From Mycoplasmataceae bacterium UBA3729 (lineage in GTDB: Bacteria; Bacillota_I; Bacilli_A; Mycoplasmatales; Mycoplasmoidaceae), in the NCBI GenBank assembly GCA_002372615.1, contig DFHG01000008.1, positions 36,590-100,589 of the forward strand: a stretch of 64,000 bases of DNA. The letters run 5' to 3'. The notes under the pieces are model-generated. The model saw nothing but the letters and a program-made list of their open reading frames with translations. It did no database searches and was not told the DNA's origin. The number at the start of each line of letters is the position of its first letter. Within the stretch, counting starts at the first letter, position 1. Positions 11,854 to 22,837 of this stretch are shown piece by piece. The position numbers were made by a program, and so were the translations under genes.

Positions 11854-12292
11854 TATTTTCCCTTACAATTATATGTAGATCTGCTTTTACTTGTTGATGT
11901 AGGTTTAGTGTTATGTGGAAATTTCCTATTTTTAATGGTTCAAAATCTTTAGGAAAAAAATATTTTTCAACATTAATTTCTTTTTCTATTAATGATGAAA
12001 TAATTTGTTTTTGTGAAATTGAACCAAACACATTTCCTTGATTGCTTTTTAATGTATATTCAAGTTTTATTGATTCAATCTTTTCTTTTAATTTTTCTGC
12101 CAATTTTAAATCAATAGCATTTTGTTTTTCAATTTGAATTAAATCTTTATTTAAATGTTTAATTGCTTCTTCTGTTGCTAAAACTGCTAATTTTTGTTTT
12201 GACAAAAAATTTTGAAAGTAACCATCATTTACTTTAACAATAGTATTTTTTTTACCAAGATTTTTTACATCTTTAAGTAGAATAACTTTCAT
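11840..12292 (-). CDS. rplI: 50S ribosomal protein L9
   Basis: MKVILLKDVKNLGKK.. N-terminus typical of L9. It occupies the conserved position between rpsR and dnaB. Confidence 0.92.
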   Translation of the reverse strand: MKVILLKDVKNLGKKNTIVKVNDGYFQNFLSKQKLAVLATEEAIKHLNKDLIQIEKQNAIDLKLAEKLKEKIESIKLEYTLKSNQGNVFGSISQKQIISSLIEKEINVEKYFFPKDFEPLKIGNFHITLNLHQQVKADLHIIVRENNEEE

Positions 12293-12301
12293 TAAATTTC
12301 C

Positions 12302-12559
12302 TTATTCTTTAATAAATGACATTAATGCCATAATTCGTGCACGCTTAATAGCATTAGTAACCATTTTTTGATGTTTTGCACATAAACCAGTAATTCTTCT
12401 AGGAAGAATTTTACCATTACTTGAAATAAAATTGTTTAATAGTTCGACATCTTTATAGTCAATATGCAATACACCTTGACTACATAATTTACATGATTTT
12501 CGGAAAGAAAATCGATGTAATTTATTTGTAAAATTTTTGTTTTCAGATTTTTTTATCAT
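12302..12559 (-). CDS. rpsR: 30S ribosomal protein S18
   Basis: [36 protein letters not shown] motif. Confidence 0.92.
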   Translation of the reverse strand: MIKKSENKNFTNKLHRFSFRKSCKLCSQGVLHIDYKDVELLNNFISSNGKILPRRITGLCAKHQKMVTNAIKRARIMALMSFIKE

Positions 12560-12573
12560 AATTTTTTCCTTTC

Positions 12574-13041
12574 TTATTTATCTTTTTCTAATTCATCAAA
12601 CCATTCAATATCTTCATTATTTTCAAATTTAGGTGAAGATATTTTTTGATTAGATGGTTCATTATTATTGGGGATGGATTCAGGGAATACATCACTTATT
12701 GAAAGTTTTTCATTAGCAGTATTTTCATTATTTCTACCTAATGAATTTATTGATTCAATAACTACTTCAAATACATAAACATTTTTATTAGTTTGTTTAG
12801 AGAGATAGGTTCTTCTTGATATTCTTCCTTCTGCACTAATTAATGCACCTTTTTTTAGATATGAAGAAATGAAATTTGCTTGTTGATTTCAAGCAACACA
12901 TGGAATAAATACAGCACCATGTGGATTATTTTTTGCATAATCATTACATGCTATAGTGAAATTAACAACTTGAGAATTACTATCTAATGTTTTAGCAATA
13001 GGATCAGTAGCTATTCTACCTACTAATAGAACTTTATTCAT
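12574..13041 (-). CDS. ssb: Single-stranded DNA-binding protein
   Basis: [14 protein letters not shown].. OB-fold N-terminus and an acidic tail ..[13 protein letters not shown]. It lies between rpsF and rpsR. Confidence 0.88.
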
Positions 13042-13046
13042 GTTAA

Positions 13047-13496
13047 TTATTTTTCCTCTTCTTTTTTAACTTCTTGTTCTTTAGCAGCAGCTTTTACTTC
13101 TTCTAAAATTTGTTTTTGTTTTTCTATCTCTTTGATTTTGTTTTTATAAATAGATAACTGTTTCTTAGCTTTTTTAACTTTTTTAGGATTATTTATTGCT
13201 TTTGCCCCATAATCATGATCAAGATTAATAATTAAAAACCTAATAATGTCATTATTAAGTTTTGATAATCGGCTAAATTCATTAATTTCATTTGGAATTT
13301 TTGTAGAAAAATTTAGTTGAATGTATCATCCTTTTTCAAATTTCTTTATTTTATATGCAAGCTCTTTTATTCCTAAATTTATCTGCTCAAAATCTTTATT
13401 ATGTTTAATGACATTGATAGATGGTTGGAGAGCTTCTAATGCTTGTTTTTCGTTTAAATTACCATTAACAATGGTTAAAATTTCATATTTTGACAT
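13047..13496 (-). CDS. rpsF: 30S ribosomal protein S6
   Basis: MSKYEILTIV.. start with a GGAGAA ribosome-binding site upstream. It is the first gene of the rpsF-ssb-rpsR order and has a Lys/Glu-rich tail. Confidence 0.88.
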
Positions 13497-13659
13497 TTGT
13501 TCTCCTTATGGTTAAAAACTCATTATTTGATTTCTATGAGTAAAGAAAACATTTATATGCAATACAAATGTAACTATTATTATAGTTAAAAAGTTTAATT
13601 AATTTAGCAAATAATGATTTAGAAAAATATATATATACTTATAATGTTATTTATTAATT

Positions 13660-16600
13660 ATGAAAAAGTCTAAATTATTTCTATTTATAAACAGCATAAG
13701 CATGATTAGTTTGGTAACTACTCCATTGTTAACATCATGTACTAATTCATCAGATTTAAAAATAGTTACACGTGGTGATGGTACATATTTTGCTAAATAT
13801 GAGGATGATGAATTCTTATCAACTACTTTCAAAGAACAAATCAAAAACAGTTTGATGGATTCTTCTTCTTATGAAAAATTCAAACGTGAATATGCTAGTG
13901 AATTAATCTACAATTGGTATTACAATAGTTTTGTTAAAGATGGAACTAAGCATCCTGATATGAAGGATAAGTGAACTAAATGGATTGAAACAGCAGATGA
14001 AAAGTATAAAGAAGACTTAGATAAAGCTAAATCGGCTCATGGTGATGATTGAGCTTATTATTTCCAAAATGAAACTTTAGATCCAGTTGGTGGAACAGAA
14101 CAATCTTATAAATTTACTAACATTTGTGATAATATTCGTACTGAATTAACTTCATTAGCATTTCCTGAAAACTATCCATATTTAGCTTATTCTGATAATA
14201 ATGTATACAATGTAGAAAATGAAATTAAAACTTTTACATATGATATTTTCTCAAATAGTGATAACTGAAAAAATGTTAATTTCTATGCACGTGGGAACTC
14301 AAGTTATTCAATAAATAATTTTGATGATGTTTATGCATTAATTGGTAAAACTACATTTGATTTATGAACTGCTAATACCCACCCATTTTCAGTTTCTATG
14401 TCTTTATGAAAATATGCTGAGCCTAAAGAAGGCATTAGAAGTATATATTCATCTAAAGTTGTTGATAGTGATGACAATAATGATGATGTTCCTGATTCAT
14501 TAACTGAAATTAAAGCTTCATATGAATTACCTTCATTTCCTATTTATGATGGTACTGAAAATAATGCTAATGCAAAATTTTATAACTTATTTACAAAGTA
14601 TATAACTACTAATGATAATTATGGTATAGACAACAACGGTATTAGTGTTTTGGCTAATAAAAGTAATTTGTCAACAATTACTGATGATTCAGCTGTTTCA
14701 TTTATTGTTACTGCCAATGATGCATTTGATGCAACAGAAGATTATTTCTCAGGAGCTACAGCTAACTTATGATCATTTTATAGTGGTAATGATGCTGTTG
14801 ATGATAAATTTTTACAATTTGATATTAATGATTTATCTGTTGATATTCATTCACCAAGTAATACAGATATTTTAAGTAGCTTTTTATATCGATCAAATGA
14901 TCACCGTGTTTTCCAAAATAATAATCAATTAACAAATTTTGGTATAACATTAAGAAATTACTACAATAGTGGTTATTTAACTTCATTAAATAACAATTTT
15001 GAATATTGTGGTAATCCTTCTGATTTAAATGCTCCAAATGGTGATAATTCTTTCCATAGCTTTTTATTTACTGATTCAGCTAATTACAAATTTGATTATT
15101 ATGGTCACACTAATAATGAAGGCGGAGTTCAATGAGTTGCTAATGGATTAAGATTATTTGACAATAATATTCCATTACCTTATGTTTTAATTCGTGATTC
15201 ATTTGGTGTTCATTTAATTGGTTTAAATGGTGCATGGAAAAAAAATGATGTAGGTTATTTAGGCAAAGGAGCTTCTGACGAAGTTGATAATACTCAACCT
15301 TATTCTCAAGGTAGAGAAAATATTTTATTAAAAGCACAATCTTTATCACAAAAACAATCAAATTACACTTCAGATAATGGTGTTGATATTGTTGAAAAAA
15401 TTAAAACTTATTTTAATTCACATATGGATGATGTAATCATCAACATGGCACGGAATGAAATTAAGAGAGGAAATAACGCTGGTGGTGGAATAATTTTTGA
15501 TCATTCAGGACTATTAAATGATGCAAATATTACTCCTTTATACACATATCTAGATAAAGCTACTCAATACTTTATGTATCAAACTATTATCAATTCTATT
15601 GATACAGTTAATAAAAAGATGTTTAATGCTAAAATGACTAACACAAAAAATGCATTAATTTCTATGTCAAATTCATTTAAAGGGATGACTAATAATAATT
15701 ACAAGAATGGGTTAGCTTCTCCTTATCCATTCAAAATTATTTCTCCAGATGATGCTTCAAATGTTGTATCAAGTTATATTAATTCACATGTATTCTATGA
15801 TGTTGTTGGATTAATTGGTTGAGCTCCATTAGGTATGTTTCCAAGCACTAATGATTTTATAAATAGTCGTTGAACAAACCAGTGAAGCACTAATTTAACA
15901 GTTAACAACATTACTGATCGTAAATCAGATTTAGAAGAATATATTGATCGTTCATTAATTAACAATATTACTCCAAATATTCAAAATGATAAAATTGGTA
16001 AATATAGTGAACATATTTATCCAAAATGACAGGATAAAAAAGAAGATAAAATTATTTTTGCTACTGATCCAATTACAAATGGGATTTATAAAGCATTAGC
16101 ACAATATGCAGGTTTAGGTAATTTTGCTTATTCTACTAAGATTAAAGCAATGCAAAAATATGCAGTTGGTGATAATAAAGTTGTCAATGATTTCGATGAT
16201 ATTGATAGTTTATCAGGATTTGCAAACATTAGGACAGAAAGTATGGCAACAGCTATTGCAAGTGAATATTATTCTACTAAACTTTTAGGTGATAATGATA
16301 ACTTATCATACTTTGCTAATCTTGCTGATAAATTTACTAACTATGAAAATTTCTTAAAAAATGCATATCAATGAAAGTTAGGAAGTTCATTTACTTCTAA
16401 TACTTATAATGAAAATGTTGTTAACTATTGAACATTCTTAGACACAGTTCAATATTTATCACAAAATAATTATGAAAATTTAATTAATTATTTAAAACAA
16501 AATATATTAAAGAATGGACAAGAGGCAAATCTAGTATGATTGGTTAAAGATAATATTCATTGCAATCCTGATTTTATTAATAATGACTTATATGGTAATG

Positions 16601-17661
16601 ATTATGAAAAATTCTTTAAATGACAAAATAATTTTAATGGTATTTTTTCAAACCGCTATCTGCATGTAGATAACGACATCGCTGATGCAACACCAACTAG
16701 TTATGTTGATAATTCATCATATTATCAATATGCCCCAATGCCAATTGGTAGGGATAAATGAGAAAAACAAGTTATGGGTTATGTTGGTTTAGTAACTGAA
16801 TCAAATACACCAAATACTATTACAACTAATATAAGTGATCAATTATTCCATAATGGTTATTATTCAAAACGTACTAATAATGGTTTACATTTAGGTGGTT
16901 GATATAAATATATTAATTATGAAAATTTAATTGCATTGATTAAAGGTAAATCATCAATTATTGATTTAAAAAATATTGCTGATGAATTAATCCAAGGTAA
17001 TAAATATCCATGATTCACTCAATACGTTTATGATATTGTTAACCATACTACTTACCAAGCTGGTGATCCTGAAGTTGCAGCAGAAGTTGCAAGTGTTGGT
17101 GAACCTGTATTATCTAATATTGTTCAAGAAAGATTCTTAGGTGGAAGTTATCAACATACTAATAAAAATGGTGCAACAGTAACTATTAATTATGATGATA
17201 TTCAATGAGGATTAAATTACTATTGAAATCAAGAATTGACTCAAATTGACATTAATAATTTATTTTGACGATTCGGTGATGTTAATGGTGCAAGTGAATT
17301 ATGTGATGGTGATAATTTAATGAGTATTAGTCACACTATTAAATTATCTAATGACGAAGCTAATGCTAATGATTATGCAAGAATTTACACAATACAATTA
17401 AACTATGATGATATTTCTTCATATGATAAATTATTCTCAGCATTAGGTGGAGACGAAGAAGATGTTGATGTTCGAGAATCTGCTCAAACATTATTAGATT
17501 TAATTACTGTTCAATTTGCTTTAAATTCTTCAAACCAAACTCATGCTATTCAAGAAGTAATAAAAACCGTTTATAACAATAATAAAATTACTGTATTTGA
17601 TCGAAGATTAAATGATAATTTAGGCCAAATTTGAGTAAAAAATTGAAAAGCAACAAACTAA
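13660..17661 (+). CDS. Very large surface lipoprotein (1333 aa), function unknown
   Basis: Lipobox ..TTPLLTSC. The track fragments 13660, 15424, 16150 and 17320 all share frame 1. I read the 13975-15423 stretch through with no TAA or TAG. Stop TAA at 17659-17661. Confidence 0.75.
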
Positions 17662-17681
17662 TATAGTTAAAAATTTTAAAG

Positions 17682-17711
17682 AAAAATACTTGCTTATACA
17701 AGTATTTTTTT
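17682..17711. terminator. Bidirectional rho-independent terminator between convergent genes
   Basis: 11-bp stem AAAAATACTTG / CAAGTATTTTT, loop CTTATA, with T-runs on both strands. Confidence 0.65.
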
Positions 17712-17735
17712 GTTGAATAATTAAAATAATCTAGA

Positions 17736-18911
17736 TTAGCTTTGATTAGTGAAAAAATTAATTATTTTATCAATATCACTTTGGTTTAAACCTGCATACA
17801 ATAAATAATTTTCACTTATTTGTTTTAAATCTTCATGTGATCAATCTTCTAAATGTTCGGCAGTATCTGATATAGCTTTAACAGCAGAGAAAAATAATTC
17901 ATTTAAATAATATTTAATCAACATATTTGTTCTTGTATTAATTTCATTAATATCAATTTTATAAAAGTTGACAAATGATGTTAAATAATCATTTTTTATT
18001 TCTTCATATGTACATCCACATATTGATTCAATTAAAAAGCAAATAAATCCTGTTCGGTCTTTTCCTTCAGTGCAATGTATATATACTTTTTGTTGTGTAA
18101 CATTTCTATTAATAATTTCATTAATAATAAATTCAAATATTTGTTTAGTTTTTTGTAAAAAATCTTGTGAATAATAACATGCAGTGAGGTTATTTGCATA
18201 ATAATGAGATTGGTTATATAATGATTTACAATAAGAATTTTCATTTTCAGCCAAATCCATTAAAAGTGCAAGTTTGGTATCATTAGTATTTAAACTAATA
18301 AGATAATCGATATTTGTACTATGTAATAAATCATCTGCATATTTATATCTTATATATGAAGGATCACAAGGTGTAACACCACGATATAAATTATTTATTT
18401 TTGTAGATTTAACTTTTCTAAAATTAGCAAATGCTTCATCATCATTATAATCTTCTCTATTATTTGATTGCTCAAAACTAAGTGCATTTTGAATATCCAA
18501 ATACTTTTTAGCTTTATTTAATGAAATAGTTGCTATTGAATTATCTGATAATCCATATTTATCTCAAATATCTTCACCACTTTTTTCACCAAAATATAGA
18601 TATTCGTATAAAGGATAATCAATGAATATTAATTCTCCACAATAACCATAAAAATTGTTATAGTAAGGAATGTCATAAAACAATTTGTTACCAGAAATAG
18701 TAATATTTATACTATCACCATATTTATATCCAAGTTTATCTAAATCATTATGTTTAATAAGAAAATTGCACCCACCAAATTCAGTATTATGCTCAACAAT
18801 AATATTTTCACAATTCGGTATGTTTTTATTATTGCATGAAGTTATAAATAGTGATGGTATACTAAAAGGAAAAAATAAACAAGAAAATATTTTATTTTTA
18901 ATATCAATCAT
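17736..18911 (-). CDS. Lipoprotein with a C-terminal protein-tyrosine-phosphatase-like domain (HCxxGxDRTG)
   Basis: Lipobox ..SLFITSC. The N-terminal beta-rich domain resembles the C-terminal barrel of SAM hydroxide adenosyltransferase (DUF62-like). Catalytic P-loop IHCTEGKDRTGF is followed by ..NDYLTSF. The two track fragments join across TGA (1176 nt). Confidence 0.7.
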
Positions 18912-19010
18912 AATATTTGCTTTATCAAATAAAATTATATTAAAAATATTATATTAAAAATATATTTGCAAATATTACTTAATACATGTAATTAGAGATT
19001 AAATTATTGT

Positions 19011-19373
19011 TTATTTATTACATCAAAGACCATGCAAATTGCAATAAGCATAAACTTCTGCATTATGATCAATTGATACATTTATTACTGGTTGATAAGC
19101 TGGTTTTAAGTGATAAAAAAATACATTATCATTATTTTTTATGCAGATTCATTCAATGTAATGATTATCTAGCATTGGATGTAATTCACTTCCTACACAA
19201 ATACCATTTTTGTTAATAATAGGAATGTGCTTGTCTTTTAAAGCATCAGCTTTATTAGGAATTAATAATTCCATTTTCTGATTACAACAAGATAAACAAT
19301 TGCATGGACAATCTTGAATTGCATAAATTATTGCACCACATTTTGAACAATGATAAAATTTAATTGATTGCAT
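19011..19373 (-). CDS. dfx: Desulfoferrodoxin-type (2Fe) superoxide reductase
   Basis: Centre I cysteines: YHCSKCG...LSCCNQKMELL. Centre II ligands: KHIPII, HPMLDNHYIEW, YAYCNLHGLW. Extended across TGA 19149-19151 to TAA 19011-19013 (363 nt). Confidence 0.8.
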
Positions 19374-19375
19374 AA

Positions 19376-20047
19376 TTATTTAATTCTTATACTTGGTCCC
19401 ATTGAAGCAGATATGTAAATAGTTTTTACATATTCACCTTTAACAGTACTTGGTCTTTTTGATTGAATAAAGCTTATTAAAGCATTAATATTTTCAACCA
19501 TGTCTTCATTTTTTGCAGATTTTTTACCAATAGTCATATGGACATTACCATATGTATCAGTTCTATATGTTAATTTACCACTTTTAAATTCTTTAATTGT
19601 ATCTAATATTTTAGTAGAAACAGTACCCAATTTAGGGTTAGGCATTAATCCTTTAGGACCTAATATTTTACCTAGTTTACTTAATTTAGGCATAAATTTA
19701 GGTGAAGTAATTAAAACATCAAAATCTAATCATCCATCTTTAATTTCGGCAATTTTTTCATCCCCACCAAAATAAGATGCACCTGCTTTTTTAGCATTTG
19801 CTTCAGTTATTGAGTCATCAATAACTAAAATTTTAATTTCTTTGCCAAAATAATGAGGAAGAGCAATTGTTCCCCTTAATTGTTGTTCAGCTTTTGTTGT
19901 ATCAACATTTAATTTGATAGCAATATCTATTGATGCATCAAATTTAGCATAAGCTGTTTCTTTAGCTAATTTAACTGCTTCTTCAATTGTATAGATCTTC
20001 TTAGTGTCAACTAATTTTTTAACATTTACATATTTTTTACCATGCAT
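19376..20047 (-). CDS. rplA: 50S ribosomal protein L1
   Basis: The two track fragments join across one TGA (672 nt). Contains the GPKGLMPNPKLGTV motif. Confidence 0.93.
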
Positions 20048-20049
20048 AA

Positions 20050-20529
20050 TTAGTTACTCTCTTTCTTAGCATTTAATTTTGCTGTTTTTTTAGGACATAG
20101 ATCTACATCTTTAATTCTTATTCCCATTTGTTTTGCAGTACCAGCTATCATTCGAACAGCTGCTTCTTCATCATAAGCATTCAGATCTGCCATTTTTGCT
20201 TTAGCAATTTCAAGTGCTTGTTCTTTTGTTATAGTAGCAACATTATCAGTTAATTGATTATGTCCAGCCTTTTCAATTTTTGCAGTTCTTTTTAATAAAA
20301 CTGAAGCAGGGGTAGATTTAATTATAAAAGTAAAACTTTTATCAGTATAAGCTGTAATTACACAAGGCACTACATCCCCCATACGATCTTTTTTAGTTAA
20401 ATCGTTAAATTGTTTAGTGAATTCCCCCATATTAATACCAATAGAGGCTAAAGCAGGTCCTGGTTTAGCTTGTCCACCGATTAATTGTATTTTTGCAATA
20501 CGTGCAATTTCTTTTTTCTTTGCAGCCAC
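20050..20529 (-). CDS. rplK: 50S ribosomal protein L11
   Basis: [26 protein letters not shown].. with an AGGAGG ribosome-binding site upstream. Confidence 0.95.
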   Translation of the reverse strand: MAAKKKEIARIAKIQLIGGQAKPGPALASIGINMGEFTKQFNDLTKKDRMGDVVPCVITAYTDKSFTFIIKSTPASVLLKRTAKIEKAGHNQLTDNVATITKEQALEIAKAKMADLNAYDEEAAVRMIAGTAKQMGIRIKDVDLCPKKTAKLNAKKESN

Positions 20530-20647
20530 AAGTATATTCCTCCTAACTCTACGTGGTCTAACGTAATAAACTTAATTACTACTTCCACATGCTACATTAA
20601 TATAGTACTTTGAGTCTGTTATTCAAAGTTAATCTATTATATATATA

Positions 20648-20845
20648 CTATGCAAGTTTATTTTGCTTTTTTAAAGTTTTCATGGTTTTTGTTGAAACCA
20701 TTATACGTTTAGAACTATTTTTACCAGTTTTGATTTTTGCTGGTTGTAAATTAATTTTTCATGTTCGACGCGAATGATTTAATGCATGTGATCTTTTATT
20801 GCCTACCATTTGTCCACGATTAGTAATTTGATCTCTACGACTCAT
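20648..20845 (-). CDS. rpmB: 50S ribosomal protein L28
   Basis: [34 protein letters not shown].. (65 aa). It was missed by the track because of an internal TGA. Confidence 0.85.
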
Positions 20846-20992
20846 AATATTATTGTATTGTACTATTATATTTATTTATGTTCATAAAACTAAATTTTGA
20901 ATAAAATTAGTTAACTTAACCAAACTTTAAAATTATAGTGTGAATTTGTATAATAAAAAATGTAATTATTTGAAAGGAAAAGAAACAAATCA

Positions 20993-22198
20993 ATGAAGAT
21001 AAAAAGTAATTCTAAATTAACACAAAGTATTCATGAAGGAATGGTAAAAGATCAATTTGGTTCAGTAATTGCTCCAGTATACCATACTTCAACTTTTGAA
21101 TTTGAATCTGTAGATCAAGGCGCTAGAAGATTCAAAGGTGAAGAAGGTGGATACATATATACACGTTTAGGAAACCCTACAACTGATGCATTAGCAAAAA
21201 AAATTGCTAAACTTGAAAATGCTGAAGCATGTGTAATGACTGCATCTGGTATGGGTGCAATTGCATCTGTAATGTGAACATTTTTAAAAACAGGAGATCG
21301 TTTGATTGCAGACTCTAATCTTTATGGTTGTACATTTGCATTATTCACTCACACATTAACTAAATTTGGTATTGATGTTCAAATTTGTGATTTCAGTAAT
21401 GTTGAAAACATTAAGAAATTATTAACAAAAAACACAACTATGGTATATTTTGAAACACCAACAAACCCAGCATTAAAAGTTAATGATATTGAATTAATTG
21501 CAAAAACTGCTCATGAATTCAATAAAGATATTAATGTTGTTGTTGACAACACATTTGCATCGCCATATTTACAAAACCCAATATCTCATGGTGCTGATAT
21601 TGTTGTTCACTCAGGAACTAAATACATTAATGGTCATTCAGATGTAATTGTTGGTGCCATTGTATCAACTAAAGAAAAAATTGCAAAAGCAACAATGATT
21701 GGATTAAAAGATTGTACAGGTGCTGTATTAGATCCAGGTGCAGCTTTCTTAGTAAATAGAGGATTATGCACTCTTCCAATAAGAATGGAACAACATTGTA
21801 AAAATGCTAAGAAATTCATTGAATATTTATCTAAAAACAAATACATCAAAAATATTAATTATCCTGGTTTAACAACTTGCATAGGACATGAAGCTGCTAA
21901 GAAACAAATGAAAGATTTTGGTGCAATGGCTTCATTTGAAACAAATTTAACATTTGAACAAACAAAAGTATTTGTTAATAATGTAAAAGTTTGAACATTA
22001 GCTGTATCATTAGGTGGTGTTGAATCATTAATTGAACACCCAGCAAGCATGACTCACTCAACTTATTCTGAAGCAGAACTTGCTAAATATAACATTACTC
22101 CAACACTTATTAGAATTTCTATTGGTTTGGAAGATATTGATGAATTAATCGCTGATTTTGATCAAGCACTTGAAATCGCAGCAAAATCCCCTAGATAA
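20993..22198 (+). CDS. mgl: PLP-dependent L-methionine gamma-lyase (Cys/Met metabolism family)
   Basis: GGYIYTRLGNPT, SGMGAI, HSGTKYINGHSDV (PLP lysine), LAVSLGGVESLIEHPASMTH and IRISIGLEDIDELIADF. The fragments join across two TGA codons (1206 nt). Confidence 0.85.
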
Positions 22199-22214
22199 GA
22201 TTTTCTTAAATAAT

Positions 22215-22243
22215 AAAAAAGAGCAGACATAACCACTCTTTTT
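22215..22243 (+). terminator. Weak rho-independent terminator after mgl
   Basis: AAAAAAGAG / CTCTTTTT stem with a 12-nt loop and a T-run. The stem is AT-rich. Confidence 0.35.
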
Positions 22244-22287
22244 ATTACTTTATTTTTTATAACATAATTAAAATATGTTAATTATTT

Positions 22288-22366
22288 TGGGAACTGGCAA
22301 TCAGAATTAAACCTACATTAATAGTTTGAAAACTATGGTTCTAATACAGAACTAAACTACTAACTT
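22288..22366 (-). pseudogene. Decayed tRNA-Gly-derived sequence (tRNA pseudogene or att-like remnant)
   Basis: The minus strand reads ..GTAGTTTAGTTCTGTATTAGAACCATAGTTTTCAAACTATTAATGTAGGTTTAATTCTGATTGCCAGTTCCCA. It is colinear with tRNA-Gly at 22838-22911 (identical AGAACCATAG block). The differences that I tallied by eye are mostly G/C-to-A/T substitutions. The acceptor stem no longer pairs. Confidence 0.5.
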
Positions 22367-22395
22367 TTGATTATTCATTTTTATATAATTTGTTA

Positions 22396-22776
22396 CTATT
22401 TAAGGTTATTGACTTTGACTATATTATCAATCATATGGTTTACACTAGTAAATCCATCTTTAACAATCCTGGTTAATTTATTTAAATTATTAGTCAATAT
22501 ATCCAAATTATTAGACAAAATATTTACTTTATTATATACAATGCTTAAATTATTAGTTAAATTATCTACTTTATTAGAAAGTTTATCTAAAGTCATTTTG
22601 TTTTAGTTCCTGGTTTTCTTCCACCATCACCACTTGGTCCATCTTTAAACTCGACTCTTTGTAAATCTAAATTTTATCAATAAATTTTTATCGATGTTGG
22701 TGTTGATTAATTTATATTTACCAGCATTAGTAACTTTACTTATCTTCACACATCATATATTATTGATTTTTATCAT
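22396..22776 (-). pseudogene. Fragmented small coiled-coil protein gene (three frames)
   Basis: Three pieces in different frames. ATG 22776 gives MIKINNIWCVKISKVTNAGKYKLINT..FTKSRV*. A second frame gives FKDGPSGDGGRKPGTKTK. A third is track ORF 22396..22596, a heptad-rich segment LSNKVDNLTNNLSIVYNKVNILSNNLDILTNNLNKL. Confidence 0.4.
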
Positions 22777-22801
22777 TTTTAGAAATAATAACTAAAATAA
22801 A

Positions 22802-22830
22802 AAAACTCAGAAACTTCCTCCGAGTTTTTT
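22802..22830 (-). terminator. Terminator of the tRNA operon
   Basis: The minus-strand transcript forms CUCGGA..UCUGAG (one G-U pair) followed by a U-run. It lies immediately downstream of tRNA-Gly. Confidence 0.45.
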
Positions 22831-22837
22831 GTATTTA

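Noticed and set aside
14645-15361. Three 70-76 aa ORFs (14645..14875 +, 14825..15037 -, 15140..15361 -).
   Set aside because: They are out of frame with, or antisense to, the continuous frame-1 reading of the 1333-aa lipoprotein gene, which only appears once TGA is read as Trp.
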